Positions 48,998-58,236 of a DNA stretch of 64,000 bases are shown here, piece by piece. Source of the stretch: a virus (Duplodnaviria > Caudoviricetes). A program made the translations under genes and the position numbers. The stretch lies in the IMG/VR virus record IMGVR_UViG_3300042542_005523. The stretch is one strand, 5' to 3'. Every line of letters begins with the position of its first letter. The stretch's first letter is position 1. The notes beneath the pieces were generated by a model. That model saw only the letters and a list, made by a program, of their open reading frames with translations. It made no database searches and was not told the origin of the DNA.

Positions 48998-49612
48998 ATG
49001 ATAGAACAGAAAGAGAAGGTTGAGAAAAACATCCAAAAACTTGCAGGGAATTTCCTATTCGAGAAGAACGAGAAATCATTCAAAGAACTTTTTGAGAGAT
49101 TGAGACCCGGTGTATTGAATCACTGCTACGTTATTCTAAAAGACAGGGAATTAGCGGAGGATGCTTTCATTAACACAATGACCAAGATCTGGACTAAAAT
49201 AGATCAATATGACGATGAGAGAGGTAATTTCTCTACGTGGTGTTATAATATTGCACGTAATGAGAGCTTATTGCTAATTAAATCTAGGAACAAATACGTT
49301 TCACAGAATGAAAAGGAATTGGATTTTCATTCAATTAAGCATGATTCAATCATGGGCGAGCATTATGTTCTAGAAAATTCAATTGATTATGCTTTTTTCA
49401 ATGAAGAGAACACTGTTGATGCCGTATATGAGGCGGTCATAGACGAAATAAGAACATTACCTGAACTCTACCGAGACATTATGGTAGACCGAGAGATAAA
49501 TGGTATGAAATACAAGGACATAGCGATCAAATATGGTATCAAGAAAAGATCCATAGCTACGAGAATAAGAAGAGCAAGAGCTAAGATCAAGAAAAAAATG
49601 GGGAAACCTTAA
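48998..49612 (+). CDS. ECF-type sigma-70 factor
   Basis: Region 2 AEDAFINTMTKIWTKIDQYD..RGNFSTWCYNIARN; region 4 LPELYRDIM...GMKYKDIA...IATRIRRAR. Confidence 0.9.
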   Translation: MIEQKEKVEKNIQKLAGNFLFEKNEKSFKELFERLRPGVLNHCYVILKDRELAEDAFINTMTKIWTKIDQYDDERGNFSTWCYNIARNESLLLIKSRNKYVSQNEKELDFHSIKHDSIMGEHYVLENSIDYAFFNEENTVDAVYEAVIDEIRTLPELYRDIMVDREINGMKYKDIAIKYGIKKRSIATRIRRARAKIKKKMGKP

Positions 49613-49631
49613 TGGAATAATACGATATAAA
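49603..49631 (+). promoter_or_regulatory. Candidate middle promoter GAAAC-N18-TATAAA
   Basis: GAAAC 49603-49607, TATAAA 49626-49631. Confidence 0.65.
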
Positions 49632-49646
49632 TTAAAAGTTAACATC

Positions 49647-50060
49647 ATGTTTGGAGCACTAAAGGAATTTTACATCTACCTTAAATATCGTAAGATGGTC
49701 AAGAGCGAGGCTGCAAGCGATATAATTTGGACCAGAAGGGGACTTAGATACGATTGGCTTTGCAGAATTTACACGGTGGTTAATCTTCCACCGCAGGTGA
49801 CACTATCAAAGGATTTGCCTCTGGAGTCTAGACCATCTTTTGTTTTTGAAACGATTAAGCCTATTAATGAATATTTAGGAAAGGTTGGGCTGGAAGAGAT
49901 GATATCTGTTTCACTTGATCCTATCCAGACAACTAACAATGAATCATACCTTGTCGTGTATTATTTTGTTTTCCGTAAGCTGACTTGGTTTTGGTTTATT
50001 TTTTATTCCATACTTTTGCCTGTTTCATCAATTTGGGCCATAATTCACTTTCTCTTTTAA
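49647..50060 (+). CDS. Hypothetical membrane-anchored protein
   Basis: 137 aa with a hydrophobic C-terminal segment. Confidence 0.65.
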   Translation: MFGALKEFYIYLKYRKMVKSEAASDIIWTRRGLRYDWLCRIYTVVNLPPQVTLSKDLPLESRPSFVFETIKPINEYLGKVGLEEMISVSLDPIQTTNNESYLVVYYFVFRKLTWFWFIFYSILLPVSSIWAIIHFLF

Positions 50061-50071
50061 ATTATAATACC

Positions 50072-50878
50072 ATGAAAGAAATACTGCTAAAAGAGAAAGA
50101 TGAAATAGAGAAGAGACTTAAAGTGTTTAATGATGCTAATTTTATTTTTGACGAACCTTCACATACCTACACATACTCTGGTAAAAAATTCGATTCAGTT
50201 ACAACTTTCCTGAAGAATTTTAAAGAACCGTTCCAGAGGGATTATTGGGTAAGAGAAAAAGCAAGACAGAGAGGAGTTGACCCATCTGTCATAGAGAACG
50301 AGTGGAAGGAAAAAGCTGACAAATCTACTATTCTCGGTACAAACGTACATAAATGGATAGAGGATTTTTGGACTGGCCTTAATCCAGAAATGCCTGCACC
50401 AGGGGAGGAGATGGAGAGAGTTTTGAAGTTTAAGGAATTGTACGAGCAAAAATTAAAAGATCTAGTTCCACTGCCTTCTGAGCTAAAAATATTTTCTAAG
50501 AAATGGAGATTAGCTGGAACTATAGATCAGCCATTTCTAATGTGGGACGAGAAGAGAAATAAGATTTTAATTTTAATAGGCGACTGGAAAACAAACAAGG
50601 AATTTAAGCACGACGATCATCCAAAGGGAAGATATAAAAAATTGCTTAGACCTTTTCATACTCTTTACGAGAATCAGCATAATGAATATTCTATACAGCT
50701 TTCCATGTATAGACTGATACTAGAGGAAGCTATTGGTTTGGAGACCGAAAGCGGATTCCTAGTTCATATAGGACCAGATGGACCCGCTAGAATATTTCCA
50801 GCGAGAGATCTTCGAGCTCCTCTTAGAGCCTACCTAGATCAAAATAGAGCAGAGTCTGATATCTTCGATATTGAATAA
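50072..50878 (+). CDS. PD-(D/E)XK (Cas4/RecB-like) exonuclease
   Basis: FDEPSHTY, SVTT, GTNVHKWIE, SELKI, LAGTID, IGDWKT, YSIQLSMY. ATG 50072 is preferred over 49985. Confidence 0.8.
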   Translation: MKEILLKEKDEIEKRLKVFNDANFIFDEPSHTYTYSGKKFDSVTTFLKNFKEPFQRDYWVREKARQRGVDPSVIENEWKEKADKSTILGTNVHKWIEDFWTGLNPEMPAPGEEMERVLKFKELYEQKLKDLVPLPSELKIFSKKWRLAGTIDQPFLMWDEKRNKILILIGDWKTNKEFKHDDHPKGRYKKLLRPFHTLYENQHNEYSIQLSMYRLILEEAIGLETESGFLVHIGPDGPARIFPARDLRAPLRAYLDQNRAESDIFDIE

Positions 50879-50884
50879 AATAGT

Positions 50885-50912
50885 GAAACTTATTACTAAA
50901 AAGAAGTATAAA
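50885..50912 (+). promoter_or_regulatory. Candidate middle promoter GAAAC-N17-TATAAA
   Basis: Spacing variant of the recurrent motif. Confidence 0.45.
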
Positions 50913-50928
50913 TTAAAAAAATAACAAA

Positions 50929-51465
50929 ATGGCTAGACAAAAGGAAAAAAACGAAGAATTGAATTTAGCATCCCCAGCTAATTTAGATAGATTACCGGGT
51001 GAGATTGAAACTATGGAATTTGGGGGTATGCATATTTCGGTTGATGAAGAAAAAGTTCAAAGAATTGAAAAAGAACTAGAGGAAAAAATAGAGGAGTCCA
51101 GAAAAAAAGTATATGCTGTTTCTATGGATACCGAAGCATTCCAAGCTTTTAAAAAATACATAACCGAGAGTGCTGAATGGAGCTCCACCGAGTCTATTGG
51201 TATTGTAGAGATTAGCAAATCTATCTCTAAGATTGAAAAAGAAGGAATTAAAGACAACATGGTTTATATGAGCTCTTTGACTCTTGAGGCTAGTCACTAT
51301 TTCATTTCTAAGTCAAGAGGTAAAGGACTAGATGAAGCAAAGAACTTCATTAAGCTATACAAGCCTATTGATATTGCATTAAATGATGTAAAAGAGGACA
51401 ATAGAAATATCGAGGAGATTAGAAAAAGATTAAACGCAGCTCAACAAGGTATAGAGCTAGTGTAA
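50929..51465 (+). CDS. Hypothetical coiled-coil protein
   Basis: 178-aa ORF followed by a terminator. Confidence 0.7.
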   Translation: MARQKEKNEELNLASPANLDRLPGEIETMEFGGMHISVDEEKVQRIEKELEEKIEESRKKVYAVSMDTEAFQAFKKYITESAEWSSTESIGIVEISKSISKIEKEGIKDNMVYMSSLTLEASHYFISKSRGKGLDEAKNFIKLYKPIDIALNDVKEDNRNIEEIRKRLNAAQQGIELV

Positions 51466-51486
51466 TTAATTTTTAAATAGCATCTA

Positions 51487-51513
51487 AAAAAGCCGGGTTT
51501 CCGGCTTTTTCTT
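51487..51513 (+). terminator. Intrinsic terminator (possibly bidirectional)
   Basis: aaaaagccgg-gttt-ccggcttttt. Confidence 0.85.
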
Positions 51514-51570
51514 TTTCCAAAATAATATTAGATAAATACTTAGTACTTTAAAACAATAAAACAATAAAAC

Positions 51571-51864
51571 ATGAAAACATTAGAAAAAATTAAGGAATAT
51601 TCCTGGGCAATTACCCTTTTCTTACTTTTAGTTGTATTTTTAAAACAATGTGGAGTAAACAGAGAGGTTGATAGAATAGATAAAGAGATTAAGAAAATAA
51701 CACAATCCACCGATTCTATACAAGAGTCACTTATAACTAAGGATCAGATGGATAATGCTCTTAAGCAGAATATGTTCAATTTTCTTATTTACGAAGACGA
51801 TTTCGATAAAGGAAAAACCTCTTTGTCTGATATAAAATCCAAGATAGAAAATTCTAATAAGTAA
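51571..51864 (+). CDS. Small membrane-anchored coiled-coil protein
   Basis: Hydrophobic WAITLFLLLVVFL then KQC and a coiled coil; GATAAATA at 51531. Confidence 0.65.
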   Translation: MKTLEKIKEYSWAITLFLLLVVFLKQCGVNREVDRIDKEIKKITQSTDSIQESLITKDQMDNALKQNMFNFLIYEDDFDKGKTSLSDIKSKIENSNK

Positions 51865-51868
51865 TCGT

Positions 51869-52627
51869 ATGGAGAAAGGATGGCTAAAATACTTTATAAT
51901 AGGAACTTTTGTTTCCCTTTACCTTGTAGTGTCCGTAATCTCTACGATACACGTTATTCAATTCTTTGATCTTACAAATCCAAAGTGGCTTTCAGTGTCA
52001 CTTGCTATAGCTTTTGAACTCGGTGCAGCTGCTTCCCTTGCTTCCCTTATAGCTCTAGATAAGATGAATAAATTCCTAGTTTGGATACTTTTTATAACGC
52101 TTACTGCTATGCAAGCCATGGGAAATACCTACTATGCATATACAAACATACAGGATTTCCAGGGATGGAGCGAGCTATTTGGCTTAATAGAAGAGGATAT
52201 TATATTTCAAAAACGTATATTGTCGATAATCAGCGGTGCAATACTGCCTCTTGTAGCTCTGGGCTTTATAAAATCTCTAGTTGATTACATAAAGCCAGAG
52301 GATCCGGAGCAGATATTGAAACCCGACCCGATCGTGGAAGAAGATGATGCTTTACCTAGTGAGGAACTAGAGATCGTGGCATCTGGCGATAAACCTGAGG
52401 TTCCTTTGGAAAATAATGTAGATGTTATAAGTATATCTGAGATGAAAGAGGAGGATCCTGCTATCAAAATTGAGGAAGCTAGTGATCTACCAGATTTGCA
52501 GTATGTAAACGTTGGACAGGAACATGCTGAAGCTAACAATCAGAATTTACCACAGACTTTCAACGAAATAAAGAACGCTAACTCCAACAGGAAATCACTG
52601 AAGCAAGGCGTTCCACCTTTCATATAA
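51869..52627 (+). CDS. Multi-pass membrane protein with acidic tail
   Basis: About four hydrophobic segments in the first 140 aa, then a Glu/Asp-rich tail. Confidence 0.7.
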   Translation: MEKGWLKYFIIGTFVSLYLVVSVISTIHVIQFFDLTNPKWLSVSLAIAFELGAAASLASLIALDKMNKFLVWILFITLTAMQAMGNTYYAYTNIQDFQGWSELFGLIEEDIIFQKRILSIISGAILPLVALGFIKSLVDYIKPEDPEQILKPDPIVEEDDALPSEELEIVASGDKPEVPLENNVDVISISEMKEEDPAIKIEEASDLPDLQYVNVGQEHAEANNQNLPQTFNEIKNANSNRKSLKQGVPPFI

Positions 52628-52648
52628 GGATAAATAAAAGAATAAGAA

Positions 52649-53338
52649 ATGGCAGATTACCCACAGATCCAACAGGAGTCAAATAACTTAAATTACGACG
52701 GAGGAGGTAGTACAGGCGGTACATATACCCAAACTGTACAGGGTGGATCTACTAGTGCGCCAGTTTTCACACCTGGTGCTTGTACTTTTACTGCTAGATA
52801 CACTAACGTTGCTCGAACAAGGGAAGCATTACCGCTGATAGATTGGACGTTTAAGTATAAGAACCAACCTGCTTTTTTTAAATACTTCAAGTCCTCTTTT
52901 AATGTGTGCCTGCAGTCAAATGTGATGGATACTCTGAGCTTAGCTTCTTTTTTTCATCCTTTTCTTTCTTTCTCTAGTTACCAAAAGCAAACATTTGTAA
53001 TAGCTCCGGATACTTCAATCGATGTAGATACTGGTAATTTTGCCAACACATTAAACGAGGTTAGCTTTATATTGGCAAGAGCTTATTATCTACCGACACA
53101 AAAGGGAGCTGCTAGAGTATTATTTTGGGACTACGACGGAAACACTAGATACCCGATGGGTGAAATAATGGTTTTAACCGGCGCTGTAAAAGAGGATCAG
53201 AATTGGAAGGGGTGGAATATAAGTTCTTTCTCTAATATAGGTCACACAGGTCCTGTATCCAATCCTAGTTTGGGTGGCATCACCTTTACAAACCCAACCG
53301 AATCGCCAGTTAAACTGGTAGTAATAACAGCAAACTAA
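52649..53338 (+). CDS. Hypothetical late protein, paralog of the next gene
   Basis: VSFILARAYY...FWDYDG...PMGEIMVLTG...GWN...GGITFTNP; GATAAATA at 52629. Confidence 0.7.
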   Translation: MADYPQIQQESNNLNYDGGGSTGGTYTQTVQGGSTSAPVFTPGACTFTARYTNVARTREALPLIDWTFKYKNQPAFFKYFKSSFNVCLQSNVMDTLSLASFFHPFLSFSSYQKQTFVIAPDTSIDVDTGNFANTLNEVSFILARAYYLPTQKGAARVLFWDYDGNTRYPMGEIMVLTGAVKEDQNWKGWNISSFSNIGHTGPVSNPSLGGITFTNPTESPVKLVVITAN

Positions 53339-53339
53339 T

Positions 53340-53825
53340 ATGGCAACAAGACCCGTTATATGTCCCTATATAGAACCAGAGGGATTGAAATTCGAAAGAA
53401 CTAACCTGGTTATAGATTCAAACAGCATGATGAATCCTCAAATAGTGCTTATGTTAGAGGATTTGTTATTTGATGTTCCTGCATATTCAAAATCCACAAT
53501 AAATCTTAGAGCTGAATCCTGCGCACTGATAAGCCAGTCGGACATAGCGGATCCTGGAGGGTACGTTAGCTTTATAGCTATTAAAGCAGTATACCCAGCT
53601 GGGACTTTAGAAAAAGACAAGTTCATTACATGGGAGTACAGGGGCAATGAATATTTTATGGGCGAACTTACTGTATTGAGCGGTGTTAATATCACAACTT
53701 TTGATTCTGAGCAATATGGATGGAATCTGGCTAAACCTGGACCAGTATACCAGGACGGAGGCATAACGGTGTGTAATCCCCACTTAGATAAAAGGGTAAT
53801 TTTAGAGATATTGGTTTGCAGATAA
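53340..53825 (+). CDS. Hypothetical late protein, paralog of the previous gene
   Basis: VSFIAIKAVY...TWEYRG...FMGELTVLSG...GWN...GGITVCNP. Confidence 0.7.
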   Translation: MATRPVICPYIEPEGLKFERTNLVIDSNSMMNPQIVLMLEDLLFDVPAYSKSTINLRAESCALISQSDIADPGGYVSFIAIKAVYPAGTLEKDKFITWEYRGNEYFMGELTVLSGVNITTFDSEQYGWNLAKPGPVYQDGGITVCNPHLDKRVILEILVCR

Positions 53826-53826
53826 T

Positions 53827-53865
53827 GATATATAGACCAAAAAGTACTCTGAAAAAGATATATAG
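53827..53865 (+). promoter_or_regulatory. Two tandem candidate late promoters GATATATAG
   Basis: Exact motif at 53827-53835 and 53857-53865. Confidence 0.6.
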
Positions 53866-53887
53866 AATACAAAAAAATTATTAACTC

Positions 53888-56482
53888 ATGGACTTCATTA
53901 ACAAAGTACAAAAATTAAAAGAAACTACTACCTCACCGGAGGTTAAATCTCTGTGTGAGAACTTCTTAAACGAGGCATCAAATAAAAATACCCTTATAGA
54001 GGGACTTAAAAATTCCAATGATGTTGAGGTTTCTGGTTTCTTAAGAGAAAATACATCAAACATCTGGAATGATTTCAGAAATCAAGAAATGGAAGCTTCC
54101 AAAAGAGCAGCTTCTTCACTTTTGGAATCTTGGAGCCAGAATACATCTAAAGGAGATAATTCCGGAACTTGGATTACGCCTTCTAAAGAAAAATCAGGTG
54201 ATAAAGAGATGAGTTCTTTAAACGAGTCCCTTTCTCACATAAAAGGTGATAAATCTGTTAATTCTTTTTTAACTTCTGAGTCTATTAAAAATCTAGGTGT
54301 TCTTGAGTCTGTTAAGTCTCTTCTTAGTTCACCTGTTGCCGAGCACATGAAGGCTAAGATCATGTTAGAGAATTATAAAAATATCCTTGTTAATAAGAAT
54401 ATCCCAGAGTATGCAGTTATTGAAAATTTTGTTAATGATTTAAGCCAATTGACATGGGATGCTAAATCTAAGGAGGTCTTTGAATCACTTCTAGGTAAAG
54501 CTAATACTTACAACAGAGAGATATACGTTTCTAAAGTGATAGATTCTATTAAGGGATCTGGATCTAGAGAATTTTACTCTGATCTTTATGAGTGTTTAAA
54601 TGAGTGGATGGTATCTAAAGACAAGTCAAACGGTCTCCTAGTTAATCAAATCTCTAAATATTCTTTCAATCCTGTAGTTAAAAACCTTATAAACTATTTG
54701 AATCTTAACGAAAGTCGAAAAGATTCAAGCAGACTTTCTATCCCTGAAACTAATCAAGGTGAATCATACGTAGAGAGAGCTTATTCCGCAATGGCAACTA
54801 ATGAGGATCAAAATTTCGCATTTGGCCTTGGTGGATTTATTTTCGAAGCAACAGAGAATGGCGTACAGAGAATAGACGCTAAGACTGCAGCTTCTTCATA
54901 CGGTAATACATTTGTTAATCTATTGGGAATTACTTCTAGACCCGATGTTAAGATAAATGAAGCGGGTGTTCATTTCTCAATCGGCAAGAAGGTAGTTAGT
55001 ATAACAGAAGGAACGGAGAATAATCCTAATGTATTTGTTGGTAGAAATAAATTAGCTTTCTCTAATGTTAACGAAATGGCTAAGATAATAGGATTGGAAG
55101 TATCCTCTTATATGGGATATAATGATATGTCTCTTGTAAAAGATATAGCTACCGTTTATGAAAATTACAATTCTTTCGTGGAGCTTGATTTTGCTAAGTC
55201 GATCGTATCTAGAATTTACGAGGGACTTTCTGTTAATCTGTTCAAATGGAACGATAAGATCTACCTTCAAAGAATAAATGAAGCTATGAGAGAGAATTCA
55301 ATATTCTCTGTTAATAGCATGCAAGCTGTTAAGTTAGTAAAAGACACATTAAGATATGATATTTCTGAAGGTCTAAGCGAATTCTTGGTTGGTGAATTAA
55401 GAACTAAATCGGTTCTTCTAAATGACAGATCTAGTCTTCTTGAAAACATACAAAATGTTGAGGAACAGTTGGCCAAAGTTCAATCCTTGATAGAAAATCC
55501 TAACTACTCGCATTCGTCTGAGCTTAAAGAAGCAGAGAAAATGCTAAAAAGGGAATTGAAGGTTTTAAGAAATAAATGGGCTAGCATCAACGAGGAGATC
55601 GAGAAAATTGAAAATGTTGATTTAGATCCTAGCATGTACCTTATAGAGGATGCTAAATTTAATATAGGAGACTATGTTAAAATAAAAGAATCAGGAGAAA
55701 CCGGTAAAATCGTTTCAATAGACGGTACTTCGGGAAGATATACAATTTTAACCGATGCGGGTAGAACAGAGGATCATAGAGTAAATGATATTCAAGATTT
55801 AGAGGAAGCTATGTCAGATGCAGCAGAAAAAAATGCTGAAAAGACAAGTGATTTCGATAAAGACTATTTCGACAATGATCCTGCTAGTGATATAGAAAGT
55901 GACGAGTCTGAAGAAGAGGATGGCACCGAGGAAGTAAAGGAATCAAATACTACTTTATCTAAAGCACCTACGAGAACTAAAAATGTTAAAGAAAAGCAAT
56001 CACAGCCAACATATGCTAAAGCTCCTAGATCTAAGGATCAGGAGAAACCAATGGCTCACGACCTAAAGAATCCTAAAGCTGCCCATTATGCGGAAGGAAT
56101 TAAAGGACAAAAGCCAACAGATTTCGATGTTGCTGGATATGCTATTGGTTATAATATCGACGAAGCTAGCGAAGTAGAAGATAGATCTCAAGGATTAGCA
56201 GAAGCTCCTAATTTCGGTAAAATTGAGAGAACGCACGATAAAAATGCTTTAGCTGGTATGGCACAGAAACACGGATATGCGAAAGCTCCAGGAAGCAATG
56301 ACAAAATAGATCTTTCACTGGATTTGCTGCATGGATATAGAAAGGTAGAAGAAGGAGTGGCTACTAAATCGGGCCCAAATACTGCTACCTCTAGAAGCAA
56401 GCACAGAGATGCTATAGACTTTGGAGTAAATGACAAGCTCAGATATAACTTAGAAGAATCTGAATTGCAAAAAAAAAAGTAA
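53888..56482 (+). CDS. Probable head core / scaffold-like protein with KOW-like motif
   Basis: Many (L/I)xE sites (FLNE, LIE, LLES, SLNES, LNLNES, KINE, ITE, RINE); FNIGDYVKIKESGETGKIV (KOW-like); repeated AKAP; double late promoter. Confidence 0.5.
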   Translation: MDFINKVQKLKETTTSPEVKSLCENFLNEASNKNTLIEGLKNSNDVEVSGFLRENTSNIWNDFRNQEMEASKRAASSLLESWSQNTSKGDNSGTWITPSKEKSGDKEMSSLNESLSHIKGDKSVNSFLTSESIKNLGVLESVKSLLSSPVAEHMKAKIMLENYKNILVNKNIPEYAVIENFVNDLSQLTWDAKSKEVFESLLGKANTYNREIYVSKVIDSIKGSGSREFYSDLYECLNEWMVSKDKSNGLLVNQISKYSFNPVVKNLINYLNLNESRKDSSRLSIPETNQGESYVERAYSAMATNEDQNFAFGLGGFIFEATENGVQRIDAKTAASSYGNTFVNLLGITSRPDVKINEAGVHFSIGKKVVSITEGTENNPNVFVGRNKLAFSNVNEMAKIIGLEVSSYMGYNDMSLVKDIATVYENYNSFVELDFAKSIVSRIYEGLSVNLFKWNDKIYLQRINEAMRENSIFSVNSMQAVKLVKDTLRYDISEGLSEFLVGELRTKSVLLNDRSSLLENIQNVEEQLAKVQSLIENPNYSHSSELKEAEKMLKRELKVLRNKWASINEEIEKIENVDLDPSMYLIEDAKFNIGDYVKIKESGETGKIVSIDGTSGRYTILTDAGRTEDHRVNDIQDLEEAMSDAAEKNAEKTSDFDKDYFDNDPASDIESDESEEEDGTEEVKESNTTLSKAPTRTKNVKEKQSQPTYAKAPRSKDQEKPMAHDLKNPKAAHYAEGIKGQKPTDFDVAGYAIGYNIDEASEVEDRSQGLAEAPNFGKIERTHDKNALAGMAQKHGYAKAPGSNDKIDLSLDLLHGYRKVEEGVATKSGPNTATSRSKHRDAIDFGVNDKLRYNLEESELQKKK

Positions 56483-56625
56483 GTCGTAACTATTATTTTG
56501 CTCCTGAGAATCCAGAACAAAATAAATCAGGTAAGCCTTTCGTAGATTCTCTAAAGGGAAAGTTCGCAAAGGCTCCAACTAAGCCGATAAACAAACACGT
56601 AGAGGACAGCGAGGAAGACGAGGCC

Positions 56626-56654
56626 GAAACAAACAAGTAAAAGCTTAATATAAA
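56626..56654 (+). promoter_or_regulatory. Candidate middle promoter GAAAC-N18-TATAAA upstream of the late sigma
   Basis: GAAAC 56626-56630, TATAAA 56649-56654. Confidence 0.65.
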
Positions 56655-56688
56655 GATAAATTCTAAAATTTAAGCACAAAGATAAAAT

Positions 56689-56724
56689 ATCCCCTGTTTC
56701 TAATAAGAATGGGGGATTTTTTTT
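56689..56724 (+). terminator. Terminator-like hairpin in the gp55 leader
   Basis: atcccc...ggggat stem followed by T8. Confidence 0.55.
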
Positions 56725-56745
56725 GCACATAAAAAACCCCGCAGA

Positions 56746-57105
56746 ATGGCAAAAGTTTATGTTAAAAACAGTGAGCTCCTTAGAGCCGTATCCGAATCTA
56801 AAGAGAAGGGTCAGCTAACAAGAGAGACAATCGATATGTTTACCCTCATGATAGAAGGTATTTCTAAGAAGATGGCTTACAAGGATCCTGACGATAAGGA
56901 CGATTGTATGGCTTTTGCCATGGAGGATCTTTGCAAATATTGGAATAGATTTGACCCTGCTAAATCTAACAATCCATTTGCCTACTTCACTCAGGTTGCA
57001 AAGAATGGATTTGCTAAGGGATGGAAGAAATTACACCCGCCAAAGAATCCTAAAACTATACCCTTCAGTTATATAACAGGGGAGGATAATAGTTACAACG
57101 TTTAA
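56746..57105 (+). CDS. gp55: Late-transcription sigma factor (gp55-like, compact)
   Basis: YVKNSELL, DDCMAFAMEDLCKYWNRFDPAKSNNPFAYFTQVAKNGF matches the gp55 FDP.KS.NPFAYFTQ signature. Confidence 0.85.
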   Translation: MAKVYVKNSELLRAVSESKEKGQLTRETIDMFTLMIEGISKKMAYKDPDDKDDCMAFAMEDLCKYWNRFDPAKSNNPFAYFTQVAKNGFAKGWKKLHPPKNPKTIPFSYITGEDNSYNV

Positions 57106-57106
57106 T

Positions 57107-57592
57107 ATGTCCATAAAAAAGGTTAAACCTAACGGAAAACACAAACATGGGCTTTATAGTCCACAGAATCCCGATAAGTACATAGGTGATATACATAATA
57201 TCATTTATAGATCTTCGTGGGAGCAGAGATTCTGTGCATATTGCGATAGAAACGAAAGGATAGTTAAATGGAGCTCTGAACCTCTTTTTATAGATTACTG
57301 GAATCCATTAGATAAGAAAATGCACAAATACTATGTGGATTTTTACATAAAGACTCTAAAAGAAGACGACACCTATCAGGAGTGGATAATAGAGGTTAAG
57401 CCAGAGTCACAAACTCAAAAGCCGATATACGAGGGTAAAAATATGACTCTTAAAAAACTAGAGAGCTATAACTATAATATGAAAATATGGATAACAAATC
57501 AGGCAAAATTTAAAGCTGCTAAAGAATGGGCTATCCAAAGAGGTTTTAGATTTGGCGTAGTTGACGAGAAATTTCTTTTTAATAGTAAATGA
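57107..57592 (+). CDS. gp4: Head completion nuclease (gp4-like, TnsA-type)
   Basis: KYIGD...IIYRSSWE...KWSSEP...YYVDF...EVKP...NQAKFKAA. Confidence 0.85.
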   Translation: MSIKKVKPNGKHKHGLYSPQNPDKYIGDIHNIIYRSSWEQRFCAYCDRNERIVKWSSEPLFIDYWNPLDKKMHKYYVDFYIKTLKEDDTYQEWIIEVKPESQTQKPIYEGKNMTLKKLESYNYNMKIWITNQAKFKAAKEWAIQRGFRFGVVDEKFLFNSK

Positions 57593-58233
57593 GCTTTTCT
57601 GAAAAAATAAAATCATACAAGGACGGATTCATATCCCAATCTGAGACTGTTTCTAAAACTGACGAGTATTTTATAAGCTCCTATATAAAGTTATCGAACA
57701 GGGATTTTCGACCTGAAAAGTTCGACGGCCAATTTCTTCCCGGTAAGATCTATATTTTTAGATATAATCCTAAGCAGAAACCCGATGACGGTAAAAAAAA
57801 GGAGAAGGAGTTCATAAACAGACTACCGATAGTTTTAGCTTTTGATGTTAAGAAATCAAAAGATCTAAACAACATCCTATATGGATCGGATTTAATAGCT
57901 ACCCCACCTGATGAAAGAGTTAAGATATTGGAGAGGGTCTATGATTTTTCAGAGAGCATAATAGATTCTAATAAAAAATCGGGAAGCCAATCTCCCGTGA
58001 ACCTAAGTGGTGATAATGTAAAGTCTTTATTGAAAGGTACTGGGTATATTGGAAGCACTAAAGGATTCGATATTTCATCAATGTCTGAAGTCTATGTTAT
58101 AGGCTATGATGATTGGAAAAAAATACCATATCTTAGTGTAGCCCTTCTTCAAGGGTCTTCTCCGATTGAGATATATAATTCCTATAGATCGAAATTAAAA
58201 GATAATTCTGGTCTAGAAAATAAAAATAAGTAG
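57589..58233 (+). CDS. DNA end-protector protein (gp2-like)
   Basis: PGKIYIFRYNPK...LPIV...PPDERVKIL resembles gp2; adjacent to gp4. Confidence 0.55.
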   Translation: MSFSEKIKSYKDGFISQSETVSKTDEYFISSYIKLSNRDFRPEKFDGQFLPGKIYIFRYNPKQKPDDGKKKEKEFINRLPIVLAFDVKKSKDLNNILYGSDLIATPPDERVKILERVYDFSESIIDSNKKSGSQSPVNLSGDNVKSLLKGTGYIGSTKGFDISSMSEVYVIGYDDWKKIPYLSVALLQGSSPIEIYNSYRSKLKDNSGLENKNK

Positions 58234-58236
58234 TGA

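Noticed and set aside
49985-50878. PD-(D/E)XK nuclease as evidence of a CRISPR-Cas (Cas4) locus
   Set aside because: No array or other cas genes; stand-alone nucleases of this type are common in phages.
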